Of a stretch of DNA of 64,000 bases, positions 9,628 through 20,865 are shown in pieces. A program made the position numbers and the translations under genes. The notes beneath the pieces are model-generated. The model searched no databases. It saw only the letters and a list, made by a program, of their open reading frames with translations, and had not been told where the DNA came from. This stretch comes from Nitrosopumilus sp. (lineage in GTDB: Archaea > Thermoproteota > Nitrososphaeria > Nitrososphaerales > Nitrosopumilaceae), in NCBI GenBank assembly GCA_965207445.1, contig CBDBLX010000002.1:1-64000 (forward strand). The letters are read 5' to 3'. The number at the start of each line of letters is the position of its first letter. Position 1 is the first letter of the stretch.

Positions 9628-12084
9628 TCAATAGTACGAGTTATTTTTGGTCGATACTTGAGTTTCACCTGAATGTTTCACAACCTCAAAGACGTGACTT
9701 GCCTGTGTGGCGATTTCACGATCGTGAGATACTAGTATAATCTGCTTTGAGTTTAATTTTTCTAATAGTGATTTTAAATTTCTCAGTTGTACCTGTGACA
9801 TACCATCAGTAGGCTCATCGAGTATAAGTAGATTGGACCGCAAACTCGGAGTCTGGCGTCTCATTGCAAAGTTCAAAGCCAGCCTGTATGCAAGCGCAAC
9901 ACTAGTCTTTTCACCACCAGACAAGTATTCGACTTGTTGAGTAAGGCCATCTTGCTCTATAATCGGTGTAAAATCTTCATCAATACGAGAATCTTTTGTA
10001 GTATCATTTACCAGTTGAGCATACCAATCACGATACGAATCATTAAAGTCATTTTGTATCTTTAATAGTACACTCTTCTCTATACTCTCCACATTTGGAA
10101 TAAAAAAGTCATCAAGCCATCTCTTGTACGCATCAAATTTGGAGTGGGTCTTTTGCCAATGTTTAGCATCCTTAATGTCTGATTCCAGATCGCTTATCTT
10201 TTCGTGTCCAGTTGCAAGATTAGCCTTGCTAGTAGATAGTTCGTGATTTATCTGGCGCAGAGACTCTTGAGTGTCTTTTAATTTATTTTTTAAATCAGAT
10301 ATTGCCTTTTCATCATCATTGTACATGTTTAGTTGCTCAGATATTTTATCAAGTTGGGCATTATATTCAGATGAACGTGTAATAGATTGAGATATTTGCA
10401 CGCCAAGATCTTTATTTTGATCATTAAGATGAGCAATCTGTTCTTTGGTGTTTGCCAAATTGTTCTGCTCATTATTATAATCAGTCAAAGCATCTTTTAG
10501 TGCAGACAAATAGTCAACAGGTGATTTGTGTGCTGCAGTATATGCAAAGTTTGGCTCAGCAGGCACCATATATTGTGAATCCAATTTTTTTGATCTTTCT
10601 TGCAAATCTTTGAGTGTACCAGAGAGACGAGCATACTCTTTTGCATCAGGTATAATCATTTTAAATGAATCAACCTTTTCTTGAGAAGTATTGCATTGTG
10701 CTTGTAGTTGCTCAATTGTATCGGATTGCGCCTTGTACTCTTTTTGCAACTCGTCTAGTTGTACTTGAAGAGTGTCTAACTTACCTTGCAAGTCGTCTTT
10801 TTGTCGAGCCCGATGGTCTTTTGTGATTATCTGCCCACACAATGTACATTTTGCTCCAAGTTTTTCAAGATCAGACAAACTATTTTGGAGACTTTGTATA
10901 TCAGATGTAATTTTGATCTTGCTAGTTTTAGTATCCTCTTGCTTTATAATTTGCTCATTTAATGTATTCTTTTGAGAATCTAATTCGGATGTATATTGAT
11001 ATAGTTGTGCCTCTAATTGTGCAATGCCACTATTAATGTGGTCAGGAATCTTGGATGCCAGTAAATTTACCTGATCATTGAGTGTCTTAATATTAGTACG
11101 AGTGGCAGTAATATCTTCATGAAGTTGTCTAAACTTGTCAATTTCTGCATTTATCTGACTTGTTGACTTTGTAGTAGGCTTTGTCCCAAGATCAAATGTA
11201 CGTAGGTTAGCCTCTAGTTGTTTGATACGCTCTTTGTTTCTTTGGCCTGTTTTCTCATTTTGCTCACGCATCTGTTGTTCACCATCAAGGTTGGATTTTA
11301 TCTGTGTATATTGCACTACAAGATCATGTCTTTGTTTTTTCCTAGTATCATATGCGTCTAGATCGGATTGAACTTTTTGCTCTTGTATAATATGATCTTG
11401 TTGAATCTTAGACTTTTCATCTATTGCATGTTGTAGTTTCTCAACATCTAATTTTGTTTGCTCTAATTTTTCTTTCTTGCCTGCCATATCCTCAAATTTT
11501 ACCTGAAAACGAGTCATCATGCGACGCATCTCGGCGGTGACTAGACCAGCATTATTTTTTGCTATCTGAAAATTTTCCATCTGAAATATTTTACGTATGG
11601 TCTCTAACCGTTTTGCCGAATCCCACAGAATCGATTTCATCTCATCTTGTGGCGTGAATATTGCATATCTGTATATACGACTCTTTGAGTTTGCACTAGA
11701 TGGTTCATTTAATCCTAGTATGTCTAGTATGCGTGACTTTAGTTCTGTAGCAGTTAATGGCTCTTCGGTATTGTTGACACGTAGATACACATTTTTACTA
11801 TCTTGTGAGATCTTTGTGCGATCGCGCTTTAGCGTTCTTCCCACCTCATATTTTATGTCCCCTACATGAAAGGTCAAAGACACCTCACCAGAATCAACAT
11901 TCTTGGCAAGCAAGCTATCTGCTTTGATCGAACTCAATCCAAATAATGCAAACTCTATTCCCATCAGTATGGTTGATTTACCAGACCCAATATCACCTAC
12001 AAATAGCACAATACCCTCTGGAAATTCGATTTTGGTATCTTTGTGACTTCGTATGTTATTGAGTACAAGTGAGTCAAGAATCAT
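9628..12084 (-). CDS. rad50: DNA double-strand break repair ATPase Rad50
   Basis: Walker A GDIGSGKST, coiled coil with CTLC zinc hook, LSGGE, LILDEPT. Confidence 0.95.
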   Translation of the reverse strand: MILDSLVLNNIRSHKDTKIEFPEGIVLFVGDIGSGKSTILMGIEFALFGLSSIKADSLLAKNVDSGEVSLTFHVGDIKYEVGRTLKRDRTKISQDSKNVYLRVNNTEEPLTATELKSRILDILGLNEPSSANSKSRIYRYAIFTPQDEMKSILWDSAKRLETIRKIFQMENFQIAKNNAGLVTAEMRRMMTRFQVKFEDMAGKKEKLEQTKLDVEKLQHAIDEKSKIQQDHIIQEQKVQSDLDAYDTRKKQRHDLVVQYTQIKSNLDGEQQMREQNEKTGQRNKERIKQLEANLRTFDLGTKPTTKSTSQINAEIDKFRQLHEDITATRTNIKTLNDQVNLLASKIPDHINSGIAQLEAQLYQYTSELDSQKNTLNEQIIKQEDTKTSKIKITSDIQSLQNSLSDLEKLGAKCTLCGQIITKDHRARQKDDLQGKLDTLQVQLDELQKEYKAQSDTIEQLQAQCNTSQEKVDSFKMIIPDAKEYARLSGTLKDLQERSKKLDSQYMVPAEPNFAYTAAHKSPVDYLSALKDALTDYNNEQNNLANTKEQIAHLNDQNKDLGVQISQSITRSSEYNAQLDKISEQLNMYNDDEKAISDLKNKLKDTQESLRQINHELSTSKANLATGHEKISDLESDIKDAKHWQKTHSKFDAYKRWLDDFFIPNVESIEKSVLLKIQNDFNDSYRDWYAQLVNDTTKDSRIDEDFTPIIEQDGLTQQVEYLSGGEKTSVALAYRLALNFAMRRQTPSLRSNLLILDEPTDGMSQVQLRNLKSLLEKLNSKQIILVSHDREIATQASHVFEVVKHSGETQVSTKNNSYY

Positions 12085-13390
12085 CTATATTTGATACCTC
12101 CGTTTTATTTTCTTTATTATCTGTTTGATCAGATAGTCCCAGAGTAGAGATAGCCTCATCTGTTATACGTGATCGATATACTTCTTGTGGTTCATTATCA
12201 AGGGGCGGGTTGCTCAAAACCCTCAGCATGTTCTTTGCAAGATTAACTCCTTTTTTGCCCATCAACTCATCATACGGGCCATCGACCTGCCCGATGTTCT
12301 CTGATAATGTATTTTCTATAATCTCATCATCAGTGTCACCTTTTGACTCGACGATCTCATATTCAGCAGAGCTGAGTTGGTTTCTCTTTATCTCCACCTC
12401 TAGCGCACCGCCATCTGTAAGATCATGTCTTGTATCTGTAAAAGAGATATCAGTAGTTTTCCCTTCTGATAGTTTGCCCTTTACACTCAGTATTACAACT
12501 TTATCTGTGGGATCAATGTCTTTGATTTTTGCTTTAATTTCAGCATTTACTGCAACAGGCTTTTTGTGACTCGCATCGACCTCGATTAACTCGTATTGAC
12601 AGTTTTCTATTGGAATCTGCTCTACATTTGTAATACCACTATGATCAAATTCTACTAGTACATATCCACGTTTGACATTGGTGCGAGTATTCTCTTCTAA
12701 ATCAAGTGGAAATCCTGCAAATAGTGTACCAGGGTATACGACATGTGGGTAATTATCGAAATTTTTATGTTGATATTTGTGTATGTGGCCCCCTGCATAG
12801 TAAGCAAAATTTTTTGGCATGTATGATATAGGCATAGCAGCACTAGCAGTAGCCTCAATATCATCAGTGGTGCGCATCTCAGATATTGCGCCATGAAATA
12901 AAAATATCTTAAATCCCGGTTCTGACTCTAATTCTTTTAGTCTGAGGTTTTGGTAATAGATAATGTCTTTTGATGCAGACAGACCGGCGATGCCAGCTAA
13001 CTTTGCATTAGTTTTTGGGTCTGTGATAAAATCTAGTGATACAGATTTATCATCTTCATGTGAAACCATAAGTTGTACCTTTGTAATATAACCAATCTCC
13101 ACTAACAAGTCAATAACAGATGTAGAGCTTGGTGAAAAGTCATGGCTACCAAACACGACATAGACAGGTATACCTGCCTCATACACTTGACGTAATTTTG
13201 CAAAGACGAACTTTTGTACCCTCATCGCCGGAATTGGTACATGGAACATGTCACCACATATTAAAATAAAATCGACTGTACGTTTTATACAGTCATCCAT
13301 TGCGCGCTCAAATACTGTGCGTTCTACATCTTGAAGCGTCTTTTTATTTTGAAATCCCAAATGTATATCAGAAAAATGTGCAAATTTCAT
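12074..13390 (-). CDS. mre11: Mre11 nuclease
   Basis: DIHLG, GDMFH, GSHD, GGHIH phosphoesterase motifs; operon context. Confidence 0.95.
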   Translation of the reverse strand: MKFAHFSDIHLGFQNKKTLQDVERTVFERAMDDCIKRTVDFILICGDMFHVPIPAMRVQKFVFAKLRQVYEAGIPVYVVFGSHDFSPSSTSVIDLLVEIGYITKVQLMVSHEDDKSVSLDFITDPKTNAKLAGIAGLSASKDIIYYQNLRLKELESEPGFKIFLFHGAISEMRTTDDIEATASAAMPISYMPKNFAYYAGGHIHKYQHKNFDNYPHVVYPGTLFAGFPLDLEENTRTNVKRGYVLVEFDHSGITNVEQIPIENCQYELIEVDASHKKPVAVNAEIKAKIKDIDPTDKVVILSVKGKLSEGKTTDISFTDTRHDLTDGGALEVEIKRNQLSSAEYEIVESKGDTDDEIIENTLSENIGQVDGPYDELMGKKGVNLAKNMLRVLSNPPLDNEPQEVYRSRITDEAISTLGLSDQTDNKENKTEVSNIDDS

Positions 13391-13392
13391 TG

Positions 13393-15114
13393 TTAACCAA
13401 TTATCCGTATTTTTCCCTTATTTAATGAATTGTTGCGACTTTGTGCTACAACATCTTTAAAGTTCGGTATCTTGATTGGAATCGCAAATGGGACAAATAT
13501 GCTAGTTATAATTGCCTCTCCCTTGTCTAAACTTGCAATGTTTTTATCATCATTTGACAAGTCTTGTGATGCAGATGCGATGAGTGCATCTCGCTCTTGT
13601 TTCATCTCATTTCCTAGAATAATTTTTGTAGTCATGTTGGCAAGTATTGCACGCGGTATGACACTTGAGAGTTGAGTTATGGCCACAAGTCCTATCTGAA
13701 ATTTACGCCCCTCACGAGCAATTGTTGCGTATATGTTGTTATTTTTTGATGCTAGTACATCCTCACTTATCACACGTGGAGCCTCTTCGATTACAATGGA
13801 TACGACAGGTTTTCTATAAAGATCACCAGTTGTCTTGTAATACTTGTATTTGTTAAGCAATTTGGATGCAATCATGTTCCCGACTACTAGTTCTGCCTCA
13901 CTGTCAAGCTGGGATGCATCTATAATTGCGATCATACCAGATTCGATATAGCTGACAATATCATCAATGGTATTCTCACCTTTGGTTTGTGTGTCAAATA
14001 TTCCATTTTGTGAGTATAGTTTGCCATCATGTGCGATCTCAAGTCCTAACAACATCTTTAATTTTCGTCGTATTATTGACAAAGTGCGCTTGCTGTCATT
14101 ATCTTTTTTGCGAGGGTTTTTGGTATCATTATCGTTAGAAGGGGTGGGGGTAGTAGTGGTGGCGGTGTTATTATTATTATTAGAGTCACTATTATCATCA
14201 TTAGATGATCTCATTATATTTTCAATCCAATCTACTCCATATTTGCTATGATAACCGTATATGGCCCTCAACTGCGCATCAGTAAAATCCACAATACCAT
14301 CAAAGTGATGCGGCTCTAAAGTTTTAATATTTATGATCAGAGTACGTGATCCAGGTAATGTGCCTCGTTGAGTAGTATAATATGCTAGTCTGTTTGCTGC
14401 ACGAGGATGATCCTTTAGTCCCACACCAGTCTTGCCATAATATTCATCATGTGCATCCAACACCAATACACCTACAAGAGTCTTAGAGTCCATGATATGC
14501 CACAACATAGTCTGCACCAAATTTGATTTGCCACGCCCTGTAGTTGCGGGAATCAGCACATGATGAGTAAAGACGTCTTTCATCGGCAACCAGACTTTGG
14601 CATCTTCTATTACTCCAGAACCGCTTCTAATACTACCAACAAACAAGCCTCCTTGTCCCTGCTCTAGAAATTTAAAATCATCCTTTGAGACAAGACGTAA
14701 CTTGCTACCAAAAGGCGGCAAAGTCTTTGGAATACTAACTTGTGGTCTTGCACTAGCATTAGAATTTATTGTATTATTTACTCGCGCCAACAATCTGATA
14801 CTAGCAATAACATAGTTGACAATGTTCGGCTCATACATAACAGCATCTGTTACATCTTCCTCAAGTGTGACGCCTGATAGCATCTCATGTGTCTTGCCGT
14901 CCATCTGTGACGAATACTCTAAATCAAATACAGACAAAAATATCGTATCATTATTGTTTGATTGATCATCTAAAACTAGTATATCTCCAATCTCTAACTC
15001 AAATCCAGATTTTTGCCTAACTACAACTTTGCCAAACCCACCCCCTATCACTTGACCTATTATATCGCTATGAGTGAGACTGCCATCATCATCATGAATC
15101 ACGTTCTTCATCAC
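13393..15114 (-). CDS. herA: HerA helicase/translocase
   Basis: HAS barrel, [29 protein letters not shown]. Confidence 0.92.
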   Translation of the reverse strand: MMKNVIHDDDGSLTHSDIIGQVIGGGFGKVVVRQKSGFELEIGDILVLDDQSNNNDTIFLSVFDLEYSSQMDGKTHEMLSGVTLEEDVTDAVMYEPNIVNYVIASIRLLARVNNTINSNASARPQVSIPKTLPPFGSKLRLVSKDDFKFLEQGQGGLFVGSIRSGSGVIEDAKVWLPMKDVFTHHVLIPATTGRGKSNLVQTMLWHIMDSKTLVGVLVLDAHDEYYGKTGVGLKDHPRAANRLAYYTTQRGTLPGSRTLIINIKTLEPHHFDGIVDFTDAQLRAIYGYHSKYGVDWIENIMRSSNDDNSDSNNNNNTATTTTPTPSNDNDTKNPRKKDNDSKRTLSIIRRKLKMLLGLEIAHDGKLYSQNGIFDTQTKGENTIDDIVSYIESGMIAIIDASQLDSEAELVVGNMIASKLLNKYKYYKTTGDLYRKPVVSIVIEEAPRVISEDVLASKNNNIYATIAREGRKFQIGLVAITQLSSVIPRAILANMTTKIILGNEMKQERDALIASASQDLSNDDKNIASLDKGEAIITSIFVPFAIPIKIPNFKDVVAQSRNNSLNKGKIRIIG

Positions 15115-15158
15115 ATATTCACCTTATCCTGCAACCATTCTGAAACCATTCTCTAACC

Positions 15159-16334
15159 TTACCCTGTAACCTTGTTGAGTAAATCATGGAATATAACCGA
15201 ATCAGTGTTTTTGGCAATATTTTGCCACTTGTCGTTTCCCGCACGGCGTGAATACAACATACGTTTGAGCATGGCAGCTTCGGATGAACGTACCTTGGCA
15301 TATTTGTCAGATTCAATTGCGCCATACGGATATCCCAATATTAAAAGATCATTTGAATTATAAGCAAGGCTTGCTAACACATCATTTTTTTCTGTATCAG
15401 ACATTCCTTTGAATTGTTCATTTAATATATCAAGTCTGAATACAAACTTGGCATTGGGGTGTAATTTTACACATAGTGTAAATCCCCTACTCTCATGGTA
15501 TATCTTTTGTGCAACAGGAACATACCACCTCTCATAAGATACATGACGCGATATATCAGCAATTCGTGGTAACAACGAATTACCAGATTCAGTAATTAGT
15601 CTACTAGTTTTTGCCAATCCACATATAATAACATTTTTTTCTATTGCCAGTTTGTACAGATCATCAGCATACTTGCCTTGTACTCCAAAGGGAGTTTGCA
15701 AGGAGCCATCCATGACAAGCATATCACCTGCATCAAGCTCATCAGATACTACTTTTGTTGCAAGTTTGATCTCAGCAAGTCTACGTGGAAGCGAGATTAG
15801 TGGCATTGTGCCATCTATGGTGTTTCTGTTGCCATCAGATGATATCTCTAAAAGATCGTCTTTTTTGGGAAGAGTATCATGCGCGTCTTTGTCGTTTTGG
15901 TCACCGAACACGTAAAGTTTAGTATCAAATGTCAGTGTATCAATTGAGTTATCATTTGGTGTATGTGGAGTCACACACGATAGAAATGTCGTGCGTTGTG
16001 TCGTGTTATGGGCAGGTGATAATTTTTTTGTACCTTGAAATATAGTATAATAGATACGATTCAATGCAATCAGATGGCTTGGTGATTGGTCTAAAGTGTC
16101 GTTTCCACCATCAACAAAGGCCATTTTTTTGGGATGTTGTGTATTAGACATTTTTATCTCTAAAAACTCTGATGGCTCAATGTTGTACCTGTTTTTAGTA
16201 GTGCCATGTACAACATCACCGGAGATCTGAGATGTGATGCGGTCATGATGGCTCTGGAGATCAGTTAGTAGGTGTAAAAAAGGATCATGTGAGGTATTGG
16301 ATTTTTGCATCTCATCGGACATGAGAATACACAT
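15159..16334 (-). CDS. nurA: NurA nuclease
   Basis: AFVDGG, MDGSL, GLAKTS, GYPY motifs; upstream of herA. Confidence 0.92.
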   Translation of the reverse strand: MCILMSDEMQKSNTSHDPFLHLLTDLQSHHDRITSQISGDVVHGTTKNRYNIEPSEFLEIKMSNTQHPKKMAFVDGGNDTLDQSPSHLIALNRIYYTIFQGTKKLSPAHNTTQRTTFLSCVTPHTPNDNSIDTLTFDTKLYVFGDQNDKDAHDTLPKKDDLLEISSDGNRNTIDGTMPLISLPRRLAEIKLATKVVSDELDAGDMLVMDGSLQTPFGVQGKYADDLYKLAIEKNVIICGLAKTSRLITESGNSLLPRIADISRHVSYERWYVPVAQKIYHESRGFTLCVKLHPNAKFVFRLDILNEQFKGMSDTEKNDVLASLAYNSNDLLILGYPYGAIESDKYAKVRSSEAAMLKRMLYSRRAGNDKWQNIAKNTDSVIFHDLLNKVTG

Positions 16335-17110
16335 TTTACCTATTATTAAAATACACAGGTAGCAAGGGTATCGTGTAGTTGACAGTATATTTGTAAATTA
16401 GTTAACTCGAGGTTGGTGCGTAATTCATCAAATCGCCACCCGCATCGTACTTGCAAAGTCATCTGCAAATATCGCCAGAGTTTTATATGTATAAATTAAA
16501 TTATTCAATAAGCTCAGATATATAAACGTAACTGCGCGCTTACCAAAAGTTACTTGTAGGGGCATCCCAATTGAATAATTGCTAATGACCAAAGAAGATG
16601 CTGAATAATGTTGGCTAGCCAATGTTATCAACGTATCGTTTGTGATAGCGTGTTGCATAACTCGTAAATTTATACTCCTCTGGGGCCGTGGCCATGTGGT
16701 CTGAGCCGCGCAACCTACGTTACACGATTCGAAGCCACTCAAATGCTCTGTAAACTGGACAGGAAGACTGTCTGCCTCAAGCTACGATGCCAGCGGGTGT
16801 GTCAAGTCACGCCTACAACAAGCCATAAGCAGGCCGTGCTTCCAAGCCTACAAAGTGTACGCGCAAAACATGGCGTGGTAGACGCCTTGGTATTTTGTTA
16901 GTACATACACATATCTCCATATTTGCATTTAAGCAATACAATGTGCCATTATACAGCAGTGTAGATGTGCAAATAGGTTAAATACGCATGACGTGAGATC
17001 TCATCGATCACTAAAATGATGAGATCAAAACATCAGCAATGCAATATTGTAAAGGGTAAATTTAACACTGCTTGTGCCCCGCGCACGCAGACCAGAGGTG
17101 AGGTTGTATC

Positions 17111-18383
17111 ATGAACAAAAGTGCAGAGCAGGTAGGCAAAACTACCAAGCAGGTAGGCAAAACTACCAAGCAGGTAGGCAAAACTACCAAGCAGGTAGGC
17201 AAAACTACCAAGCAGGTAGGCAAAACTACCAAGCAGGTAGGCAAAACTACCAAGCAGGTAGGCAAAACTACCAAGCAGGTAGGCAAAACTACCAAGCAGG
17301 TAGGCAAAAGTGCAGAGAAGGTAGACAAAACCACCAGGCAGCGAAAACCAGACAAGCGATCATCATACGAATACAATGACAAGTATGTCAAACGTTCACA
17401 CTATCTGTTTGATATGATAACAAACCTACTTGAAAACTGTAATGATCCAGAGGAGCTAGCTGCCATGAACCGCAACAAGCAAGGACGTCCATTCGTGTAC
17501 ACACGCAGCCTAATAGCAATTGTATCGCGTGTACGTGATATAATACGACTACCATACAGATCATGTGAGGGTATGTGTGAGGCGGCTATGAAGGAGGGAT
17601 ATCCAGATTTCACCACACTGTTTAGACGAATTAATACACAAAATGTATCTGTAAAGGACAGCCTCTCAAAGACTACTTGTGAGAATTTTTCAATCAATAT
17701 GATACCTGATGGTACTGGGCTGACACCTTTTACACGCAGTGAGTACATTCGTATCGTACACAAGGTGCGACGTGGATTTATCCGACTAGTTATAATGATT
17801 GATAGAGACACCCAAGAGATTCTGTCATTTAGTATCACAAACAGTTCAACAGGTGAGCAGCCCGTATTCAAGGGACTTTTAGAAGACGCCCTCAGAAATA
17901 TGGATATTGAACCTGACGCGCGACGCAGACAGGTCAAAGAGCAAAAAAATCACAAGAGCAAGACATATCCTAAAATTACTATGACTGCTGATGGTGGTTT
18001 TGATACAAGAAAGATATTCTCAATGTGTAGAGAATTAGACATTACGCCAAACATTAGAGTTCAGACAAACTCAAATACCAAAGCTCGTGGCGTTGACCGC
18101 GCTAGATCCAATGTGGTACTCGAGCAGCTCGGTGGCCCAGATGCAACACCAATGAAACTTGCATCACTTCCAGAATCCGAACGTGAGGCAAACCGCAAAG
18201 AGTGGAAAAAACAAGTGGATTATGGACTACGGTTAGCTTGTTGAGATTGTGATATCTGCATTCAAGAGAACATACGGCGGTGCGGTCATGGCAAGAAAGA
18301 TGGAGAATATCTACCAAGAGATCAAATTAAAGATCCGCACCTATAACACAATGCTGCGAATTGGCAAGGGGGTGAAACCATAA
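17111..18383 (+). pseudogene. IS5-family DDE transposase, frameshifted
   Basis: GRPFVY, PDFTTLFRR, DGTG, ADGGFD; YREK motif split by a frameshift near 18233 (YGLR / LVEIVISAFKR), new frame ends at TAA 18381-18383. Confidence 0.85.
17127..17309 (+). repeat. 21-bp tandem repeat, 8 full copies plus a partial (KQVGKTT)
   Basis: AGCAGGTAGGCAAAACTACCA repeated in frame. Confidence 0.95.
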
Positions 18384-18766
18384 TTCTAACACCATAAACA
18401 TAAACAACTATTTGTGCACATAATTACGCACTAGATGCAAATAGAGTCCTAGTGCCGGATCAACATGCTTGATTTTTGAAGATGTAAGGCTTCAAATCCG
18501 GCCATTGTGGCTTGCGCTCTTACACGTGTCACTGCAAGCCTGCTGAATCATATTGCAACGGTGTCGTCCTATAGGATGCGCATTGAGTTATGCAACACGC
18601 TAGTTTGTGAAGTGTGGTGGAACAACGACATATGTGTGGTAGGTTGCCACAATATGCTATGCTACACAGAGAATGGCGCCCATTACAATGCATGGATTGT
18701 GATGAATGTGTCGCCTGCTTGTTGTTTGTGTAAATTTAATGTGTGAGTTTCAAGTAAGAACAGATT

Positions 18767-19600
18767 ATGGAGGCAGACTGTACAGTGACAGAGCAGCAGC
18801 ACAAGCGACGCGAAGGTTATTGGCCGTATTACGAACAGGCACGCAAATCTGAGCAGGATTTTATGCGCAAGACATTGTTGTCGGCGATACGTAAAAATCC
18901 ACATCCGTGTAAGGAAAAGAAGACAAATAGAGGAGGATGTAAGCCTGTACACTTGCGTGGCAAGATGGATTTTTTGTGTCTTTTAAAAGTTGCAAAAAAT
19001 ATTCCTTTTCGTGACGTGATAAATGATCTTGGAGATATGCATGATGAGTAAGTTGACGAGTCGGAGCCTGATTAGTTGGGTAACAAAACATATGCAAACA
19101 ATTGATCTCGACTGGTTTGATTCTATTTTGGCATATACTGCCAATATGTGTCTAAATGAACTTAAAATCGGGGACAGATCCGGTACCGATGAAAGACAAA
19201 GAGTCCATACTTACGCACGGATCCGAGGATTTTGAGAGCGGTAAACAAGACGTAAAAAAAGAACCTACAGGTACAATTGGAATAGACATTAGTGTGTGAG
19301 GTAGAGAGACTGACAGGTACGAAAAACAACAAAGACCTAATCATTTACTGCAAGACTTAACTGACACGCGTCAAGACGTATCTAAAATATCATATTACTC
19401 GATAAGCGGACACCAGATCATACTTGTATCATACACAACTCCAAGCAATGCAAGTGTCACGTCAATGCTTCCATATATGGTCAATTTTCTCGTAAAAAAC
19501 TATACACAGATTGAAGAACGCCTATTCAACGGAGACAAGAGATACATTCGGATCAAAACTGCGAGACAATATTCAATGCAAACATGAAACCGAACATAAA
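18767..19600 (+). pseudogene. Degenerate transposase-like remnant
   Basis: Fragmented ORFs (YWPYYEQAR...RGGCKPVH...FLCLLKVAKNIPFRD) with several frameshifts, between mobile elements. Confidence 0.4.
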
Positions 19601-19708
19601 GCAGCGCAATCACACAGATGGCACAGGTCATACAAACCGTGGCAAACCACCAAGCAGAAAAAAGGCAGCGGACCCGGCAAATTGGTATTTATTTGCACGT
19701 TACGTGAC

Positions 19709-20458
19709 ATGTCCATGTATTACCTGTGCGCAGACGGCTCGGGCCAGACAGCGATAAAAAACAGCATCCAAGACAACGGCCTGTACGTTCTGAGCGGAGT
19801 GCTGGTCCACGGGAAAGACTGGAGGTCCGTTGAAAAGAGACTAGTTGATGTGAAGCAGAATTTGTTCCCGGGGTTCCGCCCAAACAAATGGGAGCTGCAC
19901 GCGCACGATATTTGGCACGGGAAGGAATTTTTTGCCAGGGAAGAACTTGGACTAAACAGTGAAAAGAAGGATGAGGTTTTTTCAAAGATTGTCAATATTG
20001 CATGCGAGTCTGAAATCACCATAATCAACGTGATCATCTTCAAGGACATGCTAACGCAAAGACGATCCCCGATGGTTACGCAATTTTCTTGGCGGCGGCT
20101 CACGTCCCGGTTTGAGGATTTTTTGGATCAGAACCAAGCCCATATCAACGACGGGTTGTTCCTCATAGACGCCAGTCAAAAGACTCCCGAAGCAAAGATT
20201 AAGGATGTCATATTGAGAGAGGTGAGAAGGAGGAATGGCAGGTTGGGCAGCCGTCACGTTGTCGAGAATCCGATATTTGTAGATTCATTCAGGTGGAATC
20301 TGATTCAGTTGGCAGACATGATTGCGTACGTGGTACACAAACACTACAAGCAGGATGCAAAGTTTGAGAGGTGGTTCAAGTTACTGGTTCCAAAGATGTA
20401 TCATTCCGATAATAGGTTGTACGGTTTTGGCATAAACGAGATTCCATATTCACGTTAG
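19709..20458 (+). CDS. DUF3800-family protein (RNase H-like fold)
   Basis: YLCADGSG (DESG-like), ELHAHDI, LIDA, FVDS and IQLADMIAY motifs; ATG 19709/19715 after TATTTATTT; GC-richer than the host genes. Confidence 0.85.
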   Translation: MSMYYLCADGSGQTAIKNSIQDNGLYVLSGVLVHGKDWRSVEKRLVDVKQNLFPGFRPNKWELHAHDIWHGKEFFAREELGLNSEKKDEVFSKIVNIACESEITIINVIIFKDMLTQRRSPMVTQFSWRRLTSRFEDFLDQNQAHINDGLFLIDASQKTPEAKIKDVILREVRRRNGRLGSRHVVENPIFVDSFRWNLIQLADMIAYVVHKHYKQDAKFERWFKLLVPKMYHSDNRLYGFGINEIPYSR

Positions 20459-20459
20459 G

Positions 20460-20526
20460 ATGGGAAGCAGGTCCGCACAGTTGCGGAAAGCTGCTTCCCT
20501 GGAGCTGCGCGATGGCAGACTCTTAC
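20460..20526 (-). ncRNA. Candidate DUF3800-associated structured RNA 1
   Basis: Stem GGGAAGCAG(20462-70)/CTGCTTCCC(20491-99) enclosing TCCGCA/TGCGGA; second hairpin 20502-20522; minus-strand TTATAT box at 20548-20553. Confidence 0.55.
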
Positions 20527-20696
20527 CGTATGGTATGGTGGTAAATCATATAACGTTTAACATCAAGCGAGACTGGTGCGTAATTGACATTCGCCTGCCT
20601 GTGACTGTTTTGTTGAGGTGGGAGTTGATTTGTATAAGAATTTGCAAGAATTAATTTAAATGAACATTATTAAGATAATGTAGTGTAAATATAGTA

Positions 20697-20762
20697 CAGA
20701 TGTAATGCAGATGTAATGCAGATGTAATGCAGATGTAATGCAGATGTAATGCAGATGTAATG
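20697..20762. repeat. 11-bp tandem repeat x6
   Basis: CAGATGTAATG x6. Confidence 0.95.
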
Positions 20763-20865
20763 ATAAATTAAATGAATTTATTAAATAGTAAAAATATACA
20801 CATATTCATACATGTTTTGAAAACTCACTGAAAAGCAAAATCCACATTATAACACATTAACTTAA

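Larger units (their letters stand above)
16646..18602. mobile_element. TIR-bounded element (family A) containing a frameshifted IS5-like transposase
   Basis: TIRs TAGCGTGTTGCATAACTC / GAGTTATGCAACACGCTA; 8-bp TSD GTTTGTGA at 16638-16645 and 18603-18610. Confidence 0.85.

Noticed and set aside
9628..16334. HerA-NurA as a defence system
   Set aside because: Canonical archaeal nurA-herA-mre11-rad50 repair operon
17127..17309. 21-bp repeats as a CRISPR array
   Set aside because: Head-to-tail with no spacers and in frame in a CDS
19511..19708. N-terminal extension of the DUF3800 ORF
   Set aside because: Read-through of transposase debris; a TATA-like box and the family start motif lie at about 19686-19740
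16414..20585. GTGCGTAATT motifs (16416, inverted 18422, 20576) as ends of another IS
   Set aside because: Only 10-12 bp, no TSD found, and they interleave with the better-supported family-A ends
20697..20762. 11-bp repeats (also 53906-53965) as iterons or an array
   Set aside because: No spacers and no adjacent replication gene; simple minisatellites
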